From: Candidatus Aminicenantes bacterium
GTDB taxonomy: Bacteria > Acidobacteriota > Aminicenantia > Aminicenantales > CAVYOD01
NCBI GenBank assembly: GCA_963770045.1
Contig: CAVYOD010000022.1
Coordinates: 41,173 to 105,172 of the forward strand
Length of the DNA stretch: 64,000 nt
Reading direction: 5' to 3'
This document shows positions 18,475-27,109 of the stretch, piece by piece. Position 1 is the first letter of the stretch; every line of letters starts with the position of its first letter. The translations under genes were made by a program, and so were the position numbers. Below the pieces are notes generated by a model, which was not told where the DNA came from, did no database searches, and was given only the letters and a program-made list of their open reading frames with translations.

Positions 18475-19917
18475 TCAGTTTATCTTATTATTTTCAAATT
18501 GTACTTTTTTTTCAAGCAAAAAAGCAAGCTGGAAAATGTCGGCTTCCCGGAAATGGTTCCCCATGACCTGAAGCCCCAAAGGCAAGCCCGTCTGAGACAA
18601 TCCGATGGGCAGGGAAAGGGCCGGAATCCCGGCCAAGTTGGCCGTGACGGTGAATACATCAGAGAGGTACATGGTGATCGGATCTTCCTTGGCTCCGATT
18701 TTGAAAGCTGGCTCCGGAGTTGTCGGAGTGATGATGAAATCAACCTCCTGGAAAGCCTGGGCCAATTCCCTGCAGATGAACTGCCTCGTCTGGGTGGCCT
18801 TGGCATAATAGGCATCATAATAGCCTGAGCTCAAGGCGAAAGTGCCCAGGAGGATCCGCCTTTTCACTTCCTCGCCGAAGCCCGCGGTCCGGGTGTTGAG
18901 ATACATCTCTTTCAGGCTTCCCCGGCCGGGATCGCGAAAGCCGTATCGCACTCCGTCATAACGGGCAAGATTGGAGCTCGCCTCCGAAGGCGCGATGATG
19001 TAATAACAGGCAAGCGCATATTTCCAGGCAGGAAAATCCCTTTCAACCAGCTCGATTCCCAAATCGCTCAAGGCGTGCAGTCCCCGGACGTAGGCCCGTT
19101 TCACTTCGGGATCGATGCCTTCCATGGCCTTGTCCCCAAGAAAAGCCGCTCTGGCCGACGTCAAGTCCCGGTCTAACGCCCGGGCATAATCGGGGACGGG
19201 CTCTGACGCGGAGGTCGAATCCAGGGGGTCGCGGCCGGCGATGACCTGGGTGAGGAGAGCACAATCCTCCACCGACCTGGCCAGCGGGCCGATCTGGTCG
19301 AGAGATGAGGCATAGGCGACCAGGCCGTAGCGAGAGACACGGCCGTAGGTCGGCTTCAGGCCCACCACCCCGCAGAAGGCCGCCGGCTGGCGGACCGAAC
19401 CGCCGGTGTCGGAGCCGAGCCCGGCAACCGCTTCCCCGGAGGCGACCGCGGCCGCTGAGCCCCCGCTCGATCCGCCCGGCACGCGGCTGGTATCCCAGGG
19501 ATTCTTCGTCAGAAAAAAAGCCGATTTTTCGGTGGAGGACCCCATCCCAAACTCATCCAAGTTAGTCTTCCCTATGACAACCGCCCCCTCGGCTTCGAGC
19601 TTCGTCACCGCGGTAGCGCTGTAGGGGGGGACGTAGTTGCCGAGAATTTTTGAAGCGCAGGTGGTCCGGATCTGCCCGGTCACGATGTTATCTTTGATGG
19701 CGATCGGCAGGCCGGCCAACTTCCCCGGGTCTTTTTTCCGGTCAATCTCTCTGGCCCGGGCCAGCGCTTGCTCGCCGCAAACGGTCAAAAAGGCCGAGAT
19801 GTCTTTTTCTCGATCATCGATCCTCTTCAGGTGGGCCTGGATGACCTCTTCGGCCTTGACTTCTTTCTTGTGGATGAGCGAGCGAAGCTCGGCCAACCCG
19901 AGGCTGGTAAGGTTCAT
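18475..19917 (-). CDS. gatA: Asp-tRNA(Asn)/Glu-tRNA(Gln) amidotransferase subunit A
   Basis: 480-aa ORF with amidase signature GGSSGGSAAAVA...GSDTGGSVRQPA. 4-nt overlap with gatC. Confidence 0.95.
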   Translation of the reverse strand: MNLTSLGLAELRSLIHKKEVKAEEVIQAHLKRIDDREKDISAFLTVCGEQALARAREIDRKKDPGKLAGLPIAIKDNIVTGQIRTTCASKILGNYVPPYSATAVTKLEAEGAVVIGKTNLDEFGMGSSTEKSAFFLTKNPWDTSRVPGGSSGGSAAAVASGEAVAGLGSDTGGSVRQPAAFCGVVGLKPTYGRVSRYGLVAYASSLDQIGPLARSVEDCALLTQVIAGRDPLDSTSASEPVPDYARALDRDLTSARAAFLGDKAMEGIDPEVKRAYVRGLHALSDLGIELVERDFPAWKYALACYYIIAPSEASSNLARYDGVRYGFRDPGRGSLKEMYLNTRTAGFGEEVKRRILLGTFALSSGYYDAYYAKATQTRQFICRELAQAFQEVDFIITPTTPEPAFKIGAKEDPITMYLSDVFTVTANLAGIPALSLPIGLSQTGLPLGLQVMGNHFREADIFQLAFLLEKKVQFENNKIN

Positions 19918-20207
19918 TTCTCTTCTATGACCCTCGGGACTTTGATGAAGCCACAGTTTTTTTCCGGGGAATTCGCCAGCGCCTCTTCCACGGAGAGGGA
20001 ATCTCGGGTCTCATCTTCGCGGAAAGGCAGCGGAAGGGGGACGGGGCAAAAAACTTCGGAGCCGGGGTCATTCAGCCGGAGATTGGAGAGCTGCCCGACC
20101 CATTCAATAATCTTGACCATCTGGGGGGCCAGAATCGTCCTCTCTTCGGCCGAGAGCTCGAGGCGGGCAAGGGCGCAGACATAGTCAATATCGATGGGGG
20201 GCTTCAT
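19914..20207 (-). CDS. gatC: Asp-tRNA(Asn)/Glu-tRNA(Gln) amidotransferase subunit C
   Basis: 97-aa ORF immediately upstream of gatA. Typical DIDYVCALARLELSAEE N-terminus. Confidence 0.9.
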   Translation of the reverse strand: MKPPIDIDYVCALARLELSAEERTILAPQMVKIIEWVGQLSNLRLNDPGSEVFCPVPLPLPFREDETRDSLSVEEALANSPEKNCGFIKVPRVIEEK

Positions 20208-20279
20208 GTGGCTGAATTATAAGCAAGTGGAAGCAAAAAATCAATTTTAGAATTATCTCGGAATTTTCCATCTTCATGA

Positions 20280-20308
20280 TTGACAAACCGGGACTTTCTC
20301 ACTAAAAT
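20280..20308 (+). promoter_or_regulatory. near-consensus sigma-70 promoter upstream of hdrC (locus 1)
   Basis: TTGACA-17 nt-TAAAAT. Implies a ~250-nt leader before the hdrC ATG at 20567. Confidence 0.5.
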
Positions 20309-20472
20309 CTCGTCTGGCTATAAGCTTAAGTACAGTTTTCCTATAGTTTTGATATAGTTTATTGATGCAGGAAAAACTTGGGATGTACCGGTAGGCGGAT
20401 TTTTCTCTCGGGGTCTGCCTCCAAAATCGGTGAGTTGAGGTACAATTGAACTTGAAATCGAGCCTCATCTCC

Positions 20473-20508
20473 GGCGCGCCTCAAGGGGCCGGCGCGTCTT
20501 TCTTTGCC
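20473..20508 (+). terminator. terminator-like GC hairpin plus T-rich tract inside the hdrC leader
   Basis: GGCGCGCC-10 nt loop-GGCGCGTC stem (8 bp including one G:T) followed by TTTCTTTG, about 60 nt before the hdrC start. Confidence 0.35.
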
Positions 20509-20566
20509 GACTCAAAGACCGCATTCCCTCTTTATGACAATTCCCTGATTCTCTAAAGGAGGATTT

Positions 20567-21184
20567 ATGGATATCCAGAAAAAAGTTAAGTATGAAGAAG
20601 AATTGGACAGACATTTCCTGGAAGAGATCAAGGATATGTCCGGCTGCGAAGAGATCGACCGCTGCATTCAGTGCGGCACCTGCAGCAGTTCCTGCCCCAT
20701 GTCGATCTATATGGATTATCCCCCGCGCAAGATTATCGCCATGGTCAAGAACGGCTTTAGGGAAGAGGCCCTCAAGAGTTTCACGATCTGGCTCTGCCCC
20801 TCCTGCTACACTTGCCAGGTCCGCTGTCCCGCGAAAATCAAGATCACCGACGTCATGTACGCACTCAAGCGGAAGGCCATCGAGGAAAAAGTCTACCCGT
20901 CCCGCTTCGCCATTCCTGTGCTTGATAAGGAGATGTCAAAGCTGATCGCGGCCAACGGCCGGAGTTCCGATTTGTGGCTTATCCTGAACCTTTATCTCAA
21001 ATCCTGGAACCCCATGGGCCTTCTGAAAATGGCTCCTCTCGGACTGAAGCTCATCAAGACGGGCCGGATGAGCCTGAAAAAGGATGCCATCAAAAACAAG
21101 AAACAACTGCGTACGCTCTTAAAAGCGGTTGTAAGGAGGGAGCTCGATGAACGGCTATGTTTATTTCCCAGGCTGTTCCCTTAA
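20567..21184 (+). CDS. hdrC: heterodisulfide reductase subunit C-like (2x[4Fe-4S])
   Basis: 205-aa ORF with RBS AGGAGG. Motifs CIQCGTCSSSCP and CPSCYTCQVRCP. The 3' end overlaps hdrB by 38 nt. Confidence 0.85.
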   Translation: MDIQKKVKYEEELDRHFLEEIKDMSGCEEIDRCIQCGTCSSSCPMSIYMDYPPRKIIAMVKNGFREEALKSFTIWLCPSCYTCQVRCPAKIKITDVMYALKRKAIEEKVYPSRFAIPVLDKEMSKLIAANGRSSDLWLILNLYLKSWNPMGLLKMAPLGLKLIKTGRMSLKKDAIKNKKQLRTLLKAVVRRELDERLCLFPRLFP

Positions 21185-22031
21185 GGTGAGCGCCAAGCAT
21201 TATGAGGAATCCATCCTTCCTGTTTTCAGGGAAGTCGGACTGCCTCTCGCCGAGCTCGAAGACTGGAACTGCTGCGGCGCCACGGCCTACTCATCGGTGG
21301 ACGATACGATGGCCTCGGCCATCTGTGGCCGCAACCTTTCTCTGGCCGAGAAAACAGGAAAAGACATCATTGCCCCCTGTGCGGGTTGTTATTTGACACT
21401 CAAGAAGTCAAACAAGTTTCTGACCGGAGGTCTTCCCAAAGCCGAAAAAATCCTCAATGATCTGAGAACGGTCGGCTGTGAGTATCAGGGAAATGTCAAG
21501 GTCAAACACCCACTGGAAGTCCTGACCAAGGAGATCGGCCTGGAAAAAATCCGTGAGAGGGTCACCCGGAAGCTCAGCGGGATCAAAGTCGCCTGTTATT
21601 ATGGGTGCCAGCTCGTTCGGCCCTATACCGAGTTCGATGACCCGGATTATCCCATGTCGCTCGATCATCTCATGGAGACGATCGGCGCTCAGCCGGTCGA
21701 TTTTTCGGCCAAGACGCGCTGTTGCGGAGGATCCCTCACCGGCACAATCGAAAACGTCGGCCTCCGGCTGAACTACATCCTTCTCCGGGAAGCCAAAAAA
21801 AAGGGGGCTGATCTCGTCGTCACCATCTGCCCCCTCTGCCAGTTCAATCTCGAAGTCCTCCAAGACAAAATCGTGCGCACCTATAAACAGGACGTGAAGA
21901 TGCCTATTCTCTATTTCAGTCAGCTCATGGGACTGGCTTTTGGCCTGGCCAAGGAGGACCTGGGTTTTTCTCGTTCGATCATACCTCTCAAGGCCCTCTG
22001 GACCAAGCTCGAGAATGGAGGGAAAAGATGA
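21147..22031 (+). CDS. hdrB: heterodisulfide reductase subunit B-like (two CCG domains)
   Basis: 294-aa ORF. YFPGCSL, WNCCGA, APCAGCY, YYGCQ, RCCGG, CPLCQ motifs match the duplicated CCG-domain pattern. Confidence 0.88.
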   Translation: MNGYVYFPGCSLKVSAKHYEESILPVFREVGLPLAELEDWNCCGATAYSSVDDTMASAICGRNLSLAEKTGKDIIAPCAGCYLTLKKSNKFLTGGLPKAEKILNDLRTVGCEYQGNVKVKHPLEVLTKEIGLEKIRERVTRKLSGIKVACYYGCQLVRPYTEFDDPDYPMSLDHLMETIGAQPVDFSAKTRCCGGSLTGTIENVGLRLNYILLREAKKKGADLVVTICPLCQFNLEVLQDKIVRTYKQDVKMPILYFSQLMGLAFGLAKEDLGFSRSIIPLKALWTKLENGGKR

Positions 22032-22882
22032 GCAACCAAAACGGTCAGCCGAGAATCGGAGTCTTTGTCTGCGATTGCGGCACCAATATCGCCGGAAAAG
22101 TCAATGTGCCAGAAGTGGTCGAGTTCGCTTCCCATTTGGACGACGTCATTGTGGCCAGGGAATATAAATTCATGTGCTCGGACCCAGGCCAGGAACTGAT
22201 CAAGCAGAACATCAAGGACCATAACCTGAACCGAGTGGTCGTCGCCTCGTGCTCCCCCCTGATGCACGAACAGACGTTCCGCGAGGTCACGTTTGAGGGC
22301 GGCTTGAATCCTTTTTATTTCCAGATGTCCAATGTTCGCGAGCAGGTCTCCTGGGTGACCAAAGATCCCCAGCAGGCAACCAAAAAGGCCAAGGCGCTGG
22401 TCTCAGCGGCCGTCCGGAGAGTCGCCCTTCATGATCCCCTGACGAAAAAAGAAGTTCCCGTCCGTCCGGAAGTCTTGATCGTCGGCGGCGGGATCGCCGG
22501 AATCCAAGCCGCCTTGACCTACGCCAAGTCCGGGAAAAAAGTCTATCTTGTCGAGAAACAGCCATCCATCGGCGGGCACATGTCCCTGCTCGATAAGACC
22601 TTCCCTACCCTTGATTGTTCCGCCTGCATCCTGACGCCCAAGATGAGCGAAGTCGGAAAACATCCCAACATTGAGCTCCTGACCTGGAGCGAGGTGCAGG
22701 AGATCTCCGGCTACGTCGGGAATTTCAAGGCCAGGATCAAAAAGAAGGCCCGCTTTGTGGATATCGACAAGTGCAACGGCTGCGGCGCCTGCTGGGAAAA
22801 CTGCCCCACCACGATTACCCCGTCGGAACGGATCATCAAAAAAGGCCAGATTGTCATCAAGAAGGTGGACAAAGAAAACTAG
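22028..22882 (+). CDS. hdrA: HdrA N-terminal part (Cys-cluster, FAD-binding fold, first ferredoxin motif) encoded as a separate 284-aa protein
   Basis: GVFVCDCGTNIAGKV, VASCSPLMHE, LIVGGGIAGIQAAL, FPTLDCSACILTPK. Ends with CNGCGACWENCP. ATGA overlap with hdrB. Confidence 0.8.
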   Translation: MSNQNGQPRIGVFVCDCGTNIAGKVNVPEVVEFASHLDDVIVAREYKFMCSDPGQELIKQNIKDHNLNRVVVASCSPLMHEQTFREVTFEGGLNPFYFQMSNVREQVSWVTKDPQQATKKAKALVSAAVRRVALHDPLTKKEVPVRPEVLIVGGGIAGIQAALTYAKSGKKVYLVEKQPSIGGHMSLLDKTFPTLDCSACILTPKMSEVGKHPNIELLTWSEVQEISGYVGNFKARIKKKARFVDIDKCNGCGACWENCPTTITPSERIIKKGQIVIKKVDKEN

Positions 22883-22883
22883 C

Positions 22884-23252
22884 ATGAAACTCAAGGAAGT
22901 TCAGAGCATCCTCGACGCCGAGATCATCTGGGGAAACGAAGCCCAGTTGGAGATCGACATCGACTATGCCGGGGCTTCGGACTTGATGAGCGATGTCTTG
23001 GCCTTCAGCGAGCCTGGGCTTCTCTTCCTCACCGGACTGGCCCACGCTCAGTCCGTCCGGACCGCAAATATCATCGAGGCCAAAGCCATCATTTATGTCC
23101 GCGGCAAGAAGCCGGACATGGAAGGCCTGGAACTGGCCATGGAAAAGGGGATCCCCATCCTCTCTACGAGATGCATGATGTACGAGGCTTGCGGTCTCCT
23201 CCGCAAGCACGGACTCCCTGGAATCACCGAATTCCAAGAAAAAAAGGGATGA
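22884..23252 (+). CDS. DRTGG-domain protein (copy 1)
   Basis: Start set at ATG 22884, 2 nt after the hdrA-N stop. About 122 aa, MKLKEVQSILDAEIIWG...ASDLMSDVLAF...FLTGL...IIYVRGKKP. Resembles the small DRTGG proteins that accompany HydABC-type hydrogenase operons. Confidence 0.7.
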   Translation: MKLKEVQSILDAEIIWGNEAQLEIDIDYAGASDLMSDVLAFSEPGLLFLTGLAHAQSVRTANIIEAKAIIYVRGKKPDMEGLELAMEKGIPILSTRCMMYEACGLLRKHGLPGITEFQEKKG

Positions 23253-23698
23253 TGAACGGCCGAAATGTCTTCACTCGAACTTTCGATATTACCGGCGGCG
23301 ACTTTAGCAAAGCCGGGAATGTCTCGACCCGGATCAAGGACATTCTCAAAGAAATCGGGATCGACTCCTCGATCATCCGCCGCACCGCCATCGCTTCCTA
23401 CGAGGCCGAGATGAATGCGGTCATGTACGCTCATAAGGCTGCGATCACACTGATCTTGAACCCGAAACTCATCGAGCTCAGAATCGATGACCAGGGGCCG
23501 GGGATCCCGGACATCGGATTGGCCATGAAGGAGGGCTATTCTACGGCCACTCAGGAGATGCGCGAGATGGGGTTTGGCGCCGGGATGGGTCTCCCCAATA
23601 TCAAGAAGAATGCCGATAAATTCGAGATCTCATCGACCTTGGGCAAGGGCACCCACCTCGATATCTTTTTTTATCTGGACCAGAAGGGAAAAGCATGA
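23249..23698 (+). CDS. anti-sigma-factor-type Ser/Thr kinase-like ATPase (HATPase_c)
   Basis: Start at ATG 23249 (ATGA overlap). G-box region RIDDQGPGIPD...GFGAGMGLPNIKK...GKGTHL. Confidence 0.7.
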   Translation: MMNGRNVFTRTFDITGGDFSKAGNVSTRIKDILKEIGIDSSIIRRTAIASYEAEMNAVMYAHKAAITLILNPKLIELRIDDQGPGIPDIGLAMKEGYSTATQEMREMGFGAGMGLPNIKKNADKFEISSTLGKGTHLDIFFYLDQKGKA

Positions 23699-25015
23699 TC
23701 CCGTATTTCCACTCGATCCGGGTTGATCGCGAAAAATGCGACGGGCGGATGAAGTGCATGCGGATCTGTCCGACCGAGGCCATCAGAGTCAGAAAAGGGA
23801 AGGCGACGATCATCCCAGAAAAATGCATCGACTGCGGAGAATGCATCACGGCCTGCCCGAACTCGGCTATTATCCCACTGACCAACCCCTTCGGAGAGCT
23901 GACCAAGTTCAGGCACACGATCGCCATCCCGTCTCCAGCGCTTTATGCCCAATTCGGCCGAGAAATTCTGCCCGGGAGAATCCTGGCCGGGTTGAAAAAA
24001 ATAGGCTTCGATGACGCCCACGACCTTGCTTTCACAGCGGGAGAGGTCAGTTTCGCGATCCAGGAATACGTCCGAGAATACAAAGGCCCCAAGCCCCTGA
24101 TATCGAGCACCTGCCCGGTTGTCGTCCGGCTCATCCAAGTCAAGTATCCTGACTTCATAGACCTTATCCTCCCGATTGATAATCCCAGGGAGATCGCCGC
24201 CCGGGAGATCAAAAAAAAGAAATCCAAGCAGTTCGATCTCGAGGAGAAAGAAATCGGCACGTTCTACCTGACTCCCTGTCCGAGCAAGATGATCTCCATC
24301 CGCCAGCCGGCCGAGAAAGGGTCAGTCTCACCTCGACGGGGCCATTGCTATCCAGGATATTTACGGGCCTCTCCTTGCCGCCATGGAAACTATCGAATCG
24401 GAGAGCTACAGGAAAGCGCTGGAGAGCGTTTGCATCCTCGGCATCGGCTGGGCCATGGTGGGAGGGATCTGCCGCACCCTCCGCATGAAGAATTCACTGG
24501 TCGTGTCCGGTTTGCCGGAAATCATCAGAGTTTTCGACGACATCGAGCGCGGAAAGCTGCGCAACATTGATTTTATCGAGGCCTACTCCTGCCCTCAGGG
24601 ATGCGTCGGGGGTTCGCTCACCGTCGAAAACGTCTATATCTCCTATAACAAAATCCTCAAGTTGATTGAGACTCTCGAATTCGAGAAAATCAAGGCGTGT
24701 CCAGACATCCGGGAAGTCAGGAACCTCTACCGGCAGCGGTATTTTCATCTCGAGGGCAAAATAGAACCCCGGCCTCTTAAACCCCTGGATGAGAATCTGG
24801 CCAGGGCCATTTCGAAAAGGAAAGAAAAAGAAAAGATCTATGAATCTTTGCCGCAAACAGACTGCGGAGCCTGCGGCTCCCCGAGCTGCCAGGCCTTCGC
24901 CGAGGATCTCGTCCAGGGAGAGGTCAAGCTCACCGACTGCATCTATAAACTTGCGGGCCTGGAGCGGGCCCGCCCAGAGAGCCTCCCCGGGCAAATAAAA
25001 AAGGATAAACCATGA
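23695..25015 (+). pseudogene. sensory-type [FeFe]-hydrogenase-like protein (2x[4Fe-4S] N-domain, H-domain with variant motifs, C-terminal Cys4 domain); one frameshift as sequenced
   Basis: ORFs 23695-24570 and 24383-25015 join at a GGG run (24319-24321). Motifs: CPTEAI/CIDCGECITACP, L1-like SSTCPVV, L2-like TPCPSK, L3-like EAYSCPQGCVGG, C-terminal CGACGSPSC-x16-C. Confidence 0.75.
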
Positions 25016-25354
25016 AACTCAAAGATGTCGCCGAGAAACTGGGCCTCGAAGTTTTGACCTGCAGAGACAAGACTCGATGGGGAAGTCAGCAACGGTTACG
25101 CCAGCGACCTGCTTTCGGATGTCATCGCTAATTCCCGGGAAAAGAATCTCTGGATCACGCTCCAGACCCATCAAAACATCGTCGCCGTCGCCAAACTCAG
25201 GGACCTGGCCGGGATCATCCTGGTCAATAATCGCCAGCCGGAGGAGCTGACCCTGAAAAAGGCCGAGGAAGAGAAGGTCGTCTTGTTGGCCACTCCCCGC
25301 GCGGCCTTCGAGATTTCGGCCCAACTTTACAGTCTGATGAAAGCCAGGGATTGA
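25012..25354 (+). pseudogene. DRTGG-domain protein (copy 2), frameshifted as sequenced; absent from the supplied ORF track
   Basis: ATG 25012 (ATGA overlap) gives MKLKDVAEKLGLEVLTCRDK. Skipping one base near 25069-25072 continues LDGEVSNGYASDLLSDVIANSREKNLWITLQTHQNIVAVAKLRDLAGIILVNN...LYSLMKARD, with stop at 25352-25354. Confidence 0.7.
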
Positions 25355-25357
25355 TAG

Positions 25358-26089
25358 ATGCTCAAGATTTTTAAAGCGGACCTGCACATTCATACGTGCC
25401 TTTCGCCCTGTTGCGATCTGGAGATGTCCCCGCGAAGCATCGCCGAGCAGGCCAAAAAAAAGGAGCTTCAGATTCTGGGAATTTGCGACCACAACTCGGC
25501 CGAGAATGTCCCGGCGGTTATGAAAGCGGCCAGTCGATTCCAGATCCAAGTCATCCCTGGGATTGAGGTGACATCCCAGGAAGAAGTCCATATCCTGGCC
25601 CTTTTTGCCGACCTCGATTCAGCCTTCGCCCTGCAGGACATCATCTACGGTCACCTCCCCGGAGAAAATGATGAGGCGGCCTTTGGCATGCAGGTTGTGG
25701 TTGACGAGAACGGGGATGTCCTCGGATTTAACAAAAGGCTCCTCATCGGGGCCTCGACGATTGACCTGGAAGGGGTGGTCGTGCGAATCCACACCCTGGG
25801 AGGAATCGCGATCGCATCTCATATCGACCGGGAGGGATTCAGCCTGATCGGTCAGCTCGGTTTTGTCCCCGATAATCTCGGTCTCGACGCCCTGGAAATA
25901 TCTCCGCGGGTTTCATTTCAGACGGCCCGGGAGAGATTCCGTCCCCGCGAGCCTCTGACCACGTCATCGGACGCCCACTTCCTCAGAGATATCGGCCAGA
26001 GCTACACGTCGTTTTCACTTGAGGAGGCGACCCTGGGAGAAATCAAGAAGGCTCTCCTCAACCAGGACGGAAGGAGAATCCTGAACTAG
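25358..26089 (+). CDS. PHP-domain (polymerase/histidinol phosphatase-like) metal-dependent phosphoesterase
   Basis: 243-aa ORF. ADLHIHTCLSPC...GICDHNSAEN...ASHIDR...SSDAH motifs. Confidence 0.8.
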   Translation: MLKIFKADLHIHTCLSPCCDLEMSPRSIAEQAKKKELQILGICDHNSAENVPAVMKAASRFQIQVIPGIEVTSQEEVHILALFADLDSAFALQDIIYGHLPGENDEAAFGMQVVVDENGDVLGFNKRLLIGASTIDLEGVVVRIHTLGGIAIASHIDREGFSLIGQLGFVPDNLGLDALEISPRVSFQTARERFRPREPLTTSSDAHFLRDIGQSYTSFSLEEATLGEIKKALLNQDGRRILN

Positions 26090-26096
26090 GAGAGTC

Positions 26097-26675
26097 ATGG
26101 AAGACCTTTCCCTGCACATCCTGGACATCGCCGAGAACTCCGTCGACGCCCAGGCCAAGACCGTCAGGATCCGGTTAGCGGAAGACCAGCCCAAGGACCT
26201 TCTGGTCCTGGAAATCGCGGATGATGGAAGAGGGATGGACCAAGAAATGATCGAGCGCTCCCTAGACCCCTTTGTGACGACCAAGACGACCCGTAGCGTG
26301 GGCCTGGGCCTTCCCCTTCTGGCCGAAGCCGCCAGAGCAGCTAACGGGAAGCTGCGGATTCAATCGAGGCCCGGTCAGGGAACCCGGGTCAAGGCGACCT
26401 TCCAGTTGAGCCACATCGATACCAAACCGCTGGGAGACATCGCCCAGACCCTGATCACTCTGATCGTCGGGCATCCTGAGGTGGATTTTCTTTACTCCCA
26501 CAAAATCAATAGATTCCGATTTACATTCGACACCCGAGAGCTCAAGGACAAGATCGACGGCCTTCCCCTGCAAGCGCCGCAGGTCGTGAGCTTTATCAAA
26601 AAAAACATCAACGACGGGCTAGACCGAATAAGGAGGAAAAATGAACGAAGTCAAGATCACGGGAATTCTCGGTAA
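26097..26675 (+). CDS. HATPase_c-like ATP-binding protein
   Basis: 192-aa ORF. LHILDIAENSVDA (N-box-like), LEIADDGRGMD, GLGLPLL, GQGTRV. Confidence 0.7.
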   Translation: MEDLSLHILDIAENSVDAQAKTVRIRLAEDQPKDLLVLEIADDGRGMDQEMIERSLDPFVTTKTTRSVGLGLPLLAEAARAANGKLRIQSRPGQGTRVKATFQLSHIDTKPLGDIAQTLITLIVGHPEVDFLYSHKINRFRFTFDTRELKDKIDGLPLQAPQVVSFIKKNINDGLDRIRRKNERSQDHGNSR

Positions 26676-27096
26676 GTACGAATCTGATCCGAGCGATATC
26701 ATCTCCATCCTGCAGGACATCCAGGAAGCCTACAGCTATCTTCCGAGAGAGGCCTTGAAAGAGGTCTCGAAAGAGCTCAACATCCCGCTCAGCCGGATCC
26801 TGAGTCTGGCGACGTTCTACAGGGCCTTCAGCCTGAGGCCTAAAGGCAAACACCCCGTTCACGTCTGCCTGGGAACAGCCTGCCACGTGCGTGGGGCCCA
26901 GCTCGTCTTAGAAAAATTTGAACGAGAACTAGATCTCAAGACGGGAGAAACGTCAACCGATGGCCTCTTCAGTCTAGACATGGTTCGCTGTGTCGGATGC
27001 TGCGGCCTCGCCCCTGTCGTCCAGGTTGGGGAAGAAATCCACGGCAAGATTACCCAGACCAAGGTTTCTGGGCTGGTCAAGAAATATAAAAAGTGA
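26641..27096 (+). CDS. NuoE/HydC-like [2Fe-2S] thioredoxin-fold subunit
   Basis: 151-aa ORF. ATFYRAFSLRPKGKHPVHVCLGTACHVRG...CVGCCGLAPV. Confidence 0.88.
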   Translation: MNEVKITGILGKYESDPSDIISILQDIQEAYSYLPREALKEVSKELNIPLSRILSLATFYRAFSLRPKGKHPVHVCLGTACHVRGAQLVLEKFERELDLKTGETSTDGLFSLDMVRCVGCCGLAPVVQVGEEIHGKITQTKVSGLVKKYKK

Positions 27097-27109
27097 AGAA
27101 GGGGGAGAC

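Noticed and set aside
21147-21184. 38-nt overlap of hdrC with hdrB as another frameshift
   Set aside because: The in-frame C-terminal text KNKKQLRTLLKAV matches the corrected HdrC2 tail (RKQLAKILKEA). The frame is therefore right up to at least 21130, and the overlap may be natural. It is left as called.
25019-25591. 190-aa minus-strand ORF offered by the track
   Set aside because: The plus strand here encodes the frameshifted DRTGG protein and the start of the PHP protein, both with family-like sequence and tight operon spacing.
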